Origin: Escherichia phage buks
Strand: one strand, 5' to 3'
Length of the DNA: 40,308 nucleotides
Sequence record: MN850616.1
Part shown: positions 34,686-40,308 of the stretch, in pieces
Layout: every line of letters starts with the position of its first letter
Numbering within the stretch: the stretch's first letter is position 1
The notes under the pieces: generated by a model
Databases searched by the model: none
Seen by the model: only the letters and a program-made list of their open reading frames with translations
What the model was told of the DNA's origin: nothing
Position numbers and translations under genes: made by a program

Positions 34686-34742
34686 TATCTTCTCATTTCA
34701 TTTAAGGCGGCTTCGGTCGCCTTTTCTATAAGGGTCAAATAA

Positions 34743-36944
34743 ATGAATCTGCTTTATCTCGATACTGAAACATTCTCAGAAGCCGATTTGAAAAAAGTCG
34801 GTTCCTATGCCTATGCCGAACATCCGACTACCGAAATTGTTATCTGCACCTACGCTTTCGATGAAGGCCCTGTGCAAGTATGGGACGCCACCGACGGCAG
34901 CGATATGCCGCGTGATTTGCGTCGGGCGATGCTAAAGCTGCAAAAACCAGACAGCAATCTCAAACTGGTAGGCCAAAACTTCCTTATGTTCGACCGACCA
35001 GTTATTAAGCATTGCTGGGGATTCGAACTCCTGGTAGAAAACATTATAGACACTATGATAGTCGCGTTCCGACATGCCCTCCCGGGTTCACTGGCCGCGC
35101 TGTGTGAGGTTTTAAACATTGACGCAAGCATGGCTAAGGATAAACGCGGTAAGGCGCTGATACAGCGATTCAGTAAGCCTACGCCCAAGAACTATAAGAT
35201 TCGACGTTATACTGCCGATACCCACCCAAAAGAGTGGGCAGAATTTATTGCATACGCAAAAAGCGACATTACGTCCATGCGTGAAGTGTATAAGAAAATG
35301 CCTAAGTGGGGGAATTCTGAGTTCGAAGACCGCGTGCTGCACTTAGACCAGGTGATTAATGACCGAGGATTTAAGGTTGATGTGGCATTGGCGGAAGCAG
35401 CGATTGAAGCAGTCACGCGCCATAAAGAAGAGTTACAGGAAGAAGCCCAACGTAAATATGGCGGTTCACTAACCGGCAAAGACTTCTTGCCTATTTTACA
35501 GGAACTAGCACCGGCACACCGCATCCACAACGCACAGAAGTCGACGCTTAACGACTTGCTGGCAGATGAGGATTTACCGGACGATGCGCGCACTATTATC
35601 GAGATGCGTCTCGGGGCTGCTTCCACCGCATCGACGAAATACGCGCCGTTGCTGTTAGGTCGTTCTTCCGATGACCGCCGTCGAGGTTGTCTGCAATACG
35701 GCGGAGCGAAGCGAACACTGCGATGGGCCGGGAAAGGTTTTCAGCCTCAGAACCTGGCGCGCGGATATTATCACGACGATGAACTTGATAAGGGTATTTC
35801 CGCATTACTTAAAGGCCGTGCACACCGCCGTTTTGATGTGGCCAAGCTAACGGCATCCACTGTCCGCAGCTGTATAATCCCGGAAGACGGGTGTAAGTTT
35901 GTTGTTGCGGACTATTCCAACGTTGAAGGGCGAGGGCTTGCCTTCCTGTCCGGGGAAGAAACAGCTCTTGATACTTTCCGCGCGGGTCTTGATATATACT
36001 GCGTAACGGCAGGAAAGATGTTCGGCATGGATCCAGATGATATTAAGAAAAACTTTAAGGATATCAGACAGATAGGAAAAGCTTGCGAGCTTGGCCTCGG
36101 CTATGAGGGTGGCGTCGGAGCGTTCGTTACATTCGCCAAAAACTTAGGTCTTGACCTTATTGAGATGGCCAAAACAATGGCCGGAACTTTCCCCGACCAT
36201 ATCTGGGCCGCTACCGCTCGCGGGTATGAGTGGGCGCGTATACAGGAGGCAAAACGGCCGCCGCGTCCGGGGGAGAAGGATGACCGTCCATCGTATATTC
36301 TCGATAAGAAAGTATGGCGTACATGTGATGCTATTAAACGTATGTGGCGTGAATCGCACCCGCAAACCGTAGCTTTCTGGTGCGACCTTAAAGACGGTAT
36401 TCTTGCCGCAGTACGTAATCCTGGCCGCGATTTCTGGGCGGGCGCAAATATCCGAAGCAACGGTGAAAGAGCTATCCGTATCTGGAGAACAGTAGAAACT
36501 GATTCATCCGGTAGAAACATCCCAGGATGGTGGCTATGCATGGAGCTGCCGTCGGGGCGAATCCTATCATATCCAGGAATAGGCGTCAGCGTGACAAAGG
36601 AAACCGACGAAGACGGGCGGGTAAACACCAATGTAAGAATTAAGTACCAGGGCGAGAACCAGTTAACACGGCAGTGGACTACCCTGTACACACACGGCGG
36701 AAAGGCTTGTGAGAACATCGTTCAGGCGTTTTGTCGTGACTTATTGGCCTACGCAATGCTTAATGTTGAGGCTGGCGGGTACCCTATAGTTCTTTCGGTT
36801 CATGATGAACTGGTATGCGAGACCCCGGATACGCCAGATTACACGGTGGCGGAACTGGAAAAACTGATGTGTGCATTGCCAGAATGGGCTGAGGGTTTCC
36901 CTCTTGTAGCGGAAGGTGCGGAGTTAAAACGCTATGCTAAGTAA
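34743..36944 (+). CDS. DNA polymerase I (family A) with 3-prime-5-prime exonuclease domain
   Basis: 733 aa; exo motif LYLDTETFSE; polymerase motifs ADYSNVEGRGLAFLSGE (motif A), RQIGKACELGLGYEGG (motif B), SVHDELV (motif C). Confidence 0.9.
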   Translation: MNLLYLDTETFSEADLKKVGSYAYAEHPTTEIVICTYAFDEGPVQVWDATDGSDMPRDLRRAMLKLQKPDSNLKLVGQNFLMFDRPVIKHCWGFELLVENIIDTMIVAFRHALPGSLAALCEVLNIDASMAKDKRGKALIQRFSKPTPKNYKIRRYTADTHPKEWAEFIAYAKSDITSMREVYKKMPKWGNSEFEDRVLHLDQVINDRGFKVDVALAEAAIEAVTRHKEELQEEAQRKYGGSLTGKDFLPILQELAPAHRIHNAQKSTLNDLLADEDLPDDARTIIEMRLGAASTASTKYAPLLLGRSSDDRRRGCLQYGGAKRTLRWAGKGFQPQNLARGYYHDDELDKGISALLKGRAHRRFDVAKLTASTVRSCIIPEDGCKFVVADYSNVEGRGLAFLSGEETALDTFRAGLDIYCVTAGKMFGMDPDDIKKNFKDIRQIGKACELGLGYEGGVGAFVTFAKNLGLDLIEMAKTMAGTFPDHIWAATARGYEWARIQEAKRPPRPGEKDDRPSYILDKKVWRTCDAIKRMWRESHPQTVAFWCDLKDGILAAVRNPGRDFWAGANIRSNGERAIRIWRTVETDSSGRNIPGWWLCMELPSGRILSYPGIGVSVTKETDEDGRVNTNVRIKYQGENQLTRQWTTLYTHGGKACENIVQAFCRDLLAYAMLNVEAGGYPIVLSVHDELVCETPDTPDYTVAELEKLMCALPEWAEGFPLVAEGAELKRYAK

Positions 36945-37146
36945 ACTGATTATCGCGGTACTGGCAGGATTCGCAGCAGGTGTATACTGCCACCAGGGGC
37001 AATACGGCATGATGGTTGCCGTATTAGTGATGTTCGTTGCAATTTATCTGTGGGTGATGGGGTGAAAATTTACTGGTTCTATGAAGAAGACTGTCGAATC
37101 TGTCCGCGCTGCGGCATTAAGCACACGAAACGAGAGGGGTGCATAG

Positions 37147-37341
37147 ATGAGTAATAAACCATTTAGTAAGAAACTAGCCGCGTTAGTAGATATGCCGGAG
37201 TGGGAGTTTATTACGGTAATGGGTGACGGTTTCTTTAGTGATGCTTGCGCGGGGTGTACGCATAAAGGCGATTACTACTCCGAACACGATATCTATCAAG
37301 CGTACTTCCTGCGTAACCCAGATGCGGAGCCTTTGCTGTGA
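37147..37341 (+). CDS. Hypothetical protein (64 aa)
   Basis: ATG 37147 with GAGAGGGG RBS; Cys/His cluster CAGCTHKGDYY. Confidence 0.45.
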   Translation: MSNKPFSKKLAALVDMPEWEFITVMGDGFFSDACAGCTHKGDYYSEHDIYQAYFLRNPDAEPLL

Positions 37342-37622
37342 CTCCAGAAGGAAAGATTCAGAAATATGCAAAAGAGCGATTCGAGGCCGTTGGTGGCCTC
37401 GTTCGGAAACTGTCTTATGAAGGGCGCTCCGGCGCTCCTGACCTGCTGGTAATTCTCCCCGGCGGCATCATCTGGTTCGTCGAGGTGAAGAAAGACGAAA
37501 ACACGAAGCCTGACCCGCACCAGTTACGGGAGCATGAGCGGATGTGCAAACGCGGGGCAAATGTTTTTGTTGTCGGGTCTAAGAAACAGGTTGATAAATT
37601 AATAGAACACTATTATATTTAG
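37338..37622 (+). CDS. VRR-NUC domain nuclease
   Basis: 94 aa; GTG start overlapping upstream stop; ...GAPDLLVILPGGIIWFVEVKKDENTKPDPHQLREHERMCKRGANVFVV... matches the VRR-NUC pattern (D...E.K core). Confidence 0.7.
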   Translation: MTPEGKIQKYAKERFEAVGGLVRKLSYEGRSGAPDLLVILPGGIIWFVEVKKDENTKPDPHQLREHERMCKRGANVFVVGSKKQVDKLIEHYYI

Positions 37623-37653
37623 TTCACACCAAACACAAATAAGGAATTGAGAA

Positions 37654-37845
37654 ATGAAATACGAATATGACCGCAAACCAGCACGTGACATCGTACCGGG
37701 TGACATGATTTTCAATGTTAAGACGCGTAGGCCTGTTGCCGTAGATACAGTATTTGTTGAGTCTAACGGTAAACTGGTTATTGAAGATGCAACCGGTAAC
37801 GTCACGGCGTTCGGGCGGAAGGAATTGGTTCTGGTGGCGAAATGA
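37654..37845 (+). CDS. Hypothetical protein (63 aa)
   Basis: ATG 37654 with AAGGAA RBS; stop overlaps helicase start (ATGA). Confidence 0.45.
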   Translation: MKYEYDRKPARDIVPGDMIFNVKTRRPVAVDTVFVESNGKLVIEDATGNVTAFGRKELVLVAK

Positions 37846-40307
37846 GTAAATTCACTAGAAGGCCTTATCAAAAGCTCATGACCTCGTTCATGCTGCGACA
37901 CCCGCGCTGTAATATCTGGGCAAGTATGGGAAGCGGCAAGTGCCTGAAACGCGGGACTGAAGTTATTATGTTTGACGGTACGACCAAGAAAGTAGAAGAC
38001 GTCATCGTCGGTGACGTGCTTATGGGGCCAGATTCAACGCCTAGAAATGTACTGTCTCTCGGTAGAGGCCGGGAGATGATGTACGAGGTTAAACCGCGAA
38101 AAGGCGAGTCATATACGGTAAACGAAAGCCATATATTATCACTGCGAACTACTACAGGTATCGCAAAAGGTTCATGGCCAGATAACACCGTTTTCGACAT
38201 AAGCGTCCGCGACTGGCTTAAGTTGCCGAAATATGTAACCGGGCCTAATGGGTATCTTAAGGGTTGGCGGGTACCTGTCGATTTTCCAAGGAAAGAGCAG
38301 GACGAGGCTTTATTGCCTCCGTACCTTATGGGGCTATGGCTGGGCGACGGTACTTCGTCGTCTGGGGCCATAACATCAGGAGAGAACGAAAAGGAAATAA
38401 GGGCGTATCTTGAGTCGTACGCAGCACGTAATGGGATGCAAATACGAAAAGAAGGACTTACATGGAGTATATCTCACGGCAACACAGGTCATAAGAAGCA
38501 CGGGTTTACACACGCGCTGAAATCGGCGGGTGTCCTGAACAATAAGCATATACCGCACAATTACAAATGCGGCGACCGGAGACAGCGTTTAGAGTTGCTG
38601 GCAGGGCTTCTGGATAGTGATGGTTACTGCGATTTGTCTAAAGCAGGTTTTGACTGGATTTCGGTAAGCGAGCGACTCGCTGATGATTTTTGCTATCTAT
38701 GCCGTTCTCTTGGTTTCGCAGCTTACAAGAAGAAAACTCGTAAGCGTTGCGCAAACACTGATGTTTGGGGGGATTACTTCCGCGTATCGGTATCAGGCGA
38801 TTTTTCTGATGTACCTTTCGTGCGTGGCCGCCACCAGAATTTACCGAAGCGTAATATTAATAAAAACGTACTTAACGTTGGAATAGAATCTATAACCCCG
38901 GTCGGCGTAGATGATTATTACGGCTTCACTATCGACGGTGACCACCGGTTTCTATTAGGCGACTTCACCGTAACGCACAACACAAGCTCGACAATGTGGG
39001 TGCTTAACCGGTTATTCCGTAATGGTCAGCTTAATGATGACGACCGGGTATTAATCCTCGCCCCGTTGCGTGTTGCGTCGGGTACGTGGCCCGCGGAACA
39101 AACTAAGTGGGGGTTCCCTTGCCTTCGTGTCATCGATGCAACCGGTTCGGAGAAGCGCCGCATAGCGGCGCTGGAGTCGGACGCTAATGTGGTGTGCACT
39201 AACTACGAAGTTATCGAGTGGCTGATTGATTACTACGGCAAAGACGACTGGCCTTTTACTGTTATCGTGGCCGATGAGAGCACGAAACTGAAATCTTTCC
39301 GTAGCCGTTCCGGCGGCAGCAAGAGAGCGAAGGCGCTTAGTAAAGTGGCGTTCGGCAAGGTTAAGCGTTTCATTAACCTGACCGGTACACCATCACCAAA
39401 CGGCCTCAAAGACTTGTGGGGTCAGAACTGGTTCATCGACGCGGGTGAACGCCTTGGGTCTTCATACACGGCCTTTACCGATAGATGGTTTAACTCGGTA
39501 CAGAAAGGCAAATCTGCGATGGCGCGGGAGTACCATGCTCGCCCAGGCGCGGATAACGAGATTCACCAGAAGATGAAGGATATCAGCCTTACCATTGATG
39601 CCGCCGAGTGGTTCGGTTGTGAAGCACCGGTTATTGTACCGGTTGAGATTGACCTGCCGAAGAAAGCGCGTCAAGCCTACATCGATATGGAGGAGAAGTT
39701 ATTCGCGGAACTGGAGAGCGGAGAAGTTGAAGCGGCTAACGCCGCCGCTAAAACGGCTAAGTGCTTGCAGATTGCTTCCGGTGCCGTGTATGTGTCGGGG
39801 CCGGATGGTGAAGCAACGAAAGACTGGGAGAAAGTGCACGACGCGAAACTCGATGCGTTAGAGTCCATTGTCGAGGAGTTGCAGGGTGCGCCGCTGCTGG
39901 TGGCCTATCAGTTCAAGCACGAACTTGAGCGCATTCTTAGGCGATTCCCCCAGGCGCAGGCGTTTGCGAAAGGTGCTAAGGGTAATAAGCAGATGGAATC
40001 TTGGAACCGCGGGGAAATCGAGATTTTGTGCGTGCACCCTGCATCGGCGGGCCATGGTTTGAATTTACAGGACGGCGGGCATCATCTGGCGTTTATTTCG
40101 CAAGGCTGGAACCTGGAGCACTATTTGCAGGTTGTCGAGCGTATAGGTCCTGTACGCCAGAAACAGGCTGGCCACGAGCGTCCAGTGTTCCTGTATCACA
40201 TAGTCGCTAAAGACACGCTGGATGAGGTCGTTGCCGCGCGTACGGACGAGAAAAAATCTGTCCAGGAAGAGTTGCTTAATTATATGAAGAGACGAGGTAA
40301 GAAATGA
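37842..40307 (+). CDS. SF2 (SNF2/DEAD-like) helicase interrupted by an in-frame intein; extein ~474 aa
   Basis: Continuous 821-aa ORF; Walker A GSGK is split from its Thr by a 347-aa insert; after the insert: TSSTMW...LILAPLRVASGTW...VIVADESTKLK...NLTGTPSPN... Confidence 0.85.
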   Translation: MSKFTRRPYQKLMTSFMLRHPRCNIWASMGSGKCLKRGTEVIMFDGTTKKVEDVIVGDVLMGPDSTPRNVLSLGRGREMMYEVKPRKGESYTVNESHILSLRTTTGIAKGSWPDNTVFDISVRDWLKLPKYVTGPNGYLKGWRVPVDFPRKEQDEALLPPYLMGLWLGDGTSSSGAITSGENEKEIRAYLESYAARNGMQIRKEGLTWSISHGNTGHKKHGFTHALKSAGVLNNKHIPHNYKCGDRRQRLELLAGLLDSDGYCDLSKAGFDWISVSERLADDFCYLCRSLGFAAYKKKTRKRCANTDVWGDYFRVSVSGDFSDVPFVRGRHQNLPKRNINKNVLNVGIESITPVGVDDYYGFTIDGDHRFLLGDFTVTHNTSSTMWVLNRLFRNGQLNDDDRVLILAPLRVASGTWPAEQTKWGFPCLRVIDATGSEKRRIAALESDANVVCTNYEVIEWLIDYYGKDDWPFTVIVADESTKLKSFRSRSGGSKRAKALSKVAFGKVKRFINLTGTPSPNGLKDLWGQNWFIDAGERLGSSYTAFTDRWFNSVQKGKSAMAREYHARPGADNEIHQKMKDISLTIDAAEWFGCEAPVIVPVEIDLPKKARQAYIDMEEKLFAELESGEVEAANAAAKTAKCLQIASGAVYVSGPDGEATKDWEKVHDAKLDALESIVEELQGAPLLVAYQFKHELERILRRFPQAQAFAKGAKGNKQMESWNRGEIEILCVHPASAGHGLNLQDGGHHLAFISQGWNLEHYLQVVERIGPVRQKQAGHERPVFLYHIVAKDTLDEVVAARTDEKKSVQEELLNYMKRRGKK
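37941..38981 (+). mobile_element. Intein with LAGLIDADG homing endonuclease domain, inserted in the helicase P-loop
   Basis: Starts with Cys codon TGC 37941-37943 right after GSGK; ends ...FTVTHN (Asn codon 38979-38981) followed by Thr; internal LAGLIDADG-like motifs LMGLWLGDGTSS and LLAGLLDSDGYC; 1041 nt, in frame. Confidence 0.8.
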
Positions 40308-40308
40308 A

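Noticed and set aside
36101-38371. Antisense ORFs inside the polymerase (36101-36718) and inside the helicase/intein (37868-38371)
   Set aside because: Shadow ORFs within genes supported by catalytic motifs.

Overview
This 40.3 kb window reads as a nearly complete genome of a tailed dsDNA phage of siphovirus type. From gene content and a P22-like tailspike segment I infer a Jersey-like Salmonella phage, but this is unverified. All functional calls come from reading motifs and synteny by eye; no database search was run. Layout: (i) minus strand 1-7632: tailspike (its 3-prime part runs off the window start), lambda J/K/L/M-like tail tip proteins, tape measure and G/GT-like chaperones; (ii) a plus-strand accessory island 7633-10764 (Imm-like peptide, HTH-metallophosphoesterase, HNH-AP2 homing endonuclease, Rha-like regulator); (iii) minus strand 10765-23459: major tail, head-tail joining, Ig-like proteins, major capsid, scaffold, Rz/Rz1 spanins, Mu-F-like head morphogenesis, portal, TerL, TerS, interrupted by a plus-strand KilA-N-like gene with its own promoter and terminator; (iv) minus strand 23554-28196: a chain of translationally coupled micro-genes, holin(s) plus GH24 endolysin, an HslV-like Ntn-hydrolase and small early genes; (v) plus strand 28788-40307: replication module (HTH, PrimPol-like ATPase, DUF2800-like nuclease, DUF2815-like SSB, family A DNA polymerase, VRR-NUC, SF2 helicase) with a Cro-like XRE regulator on the opposite strand. 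Main findings: a 347-codon LAGLIDADG intein interrupting the helicase P-loop; a 16-bp palindromic operator-like motif TAATAG-N4-CTATTA overlapping at least five sigma70-like promoters, suggesting a Cro-like regulon; a phage HslV-like peptidase; two long structured non-coding regions. No tRNA, rRNA, CRISPR array, integrase or CI-type repressor was seen. The supplied ORF track uses GTG/TTG starts and omits ORFs under 60 aa, so several starts were re-set and five small genes added by hand.
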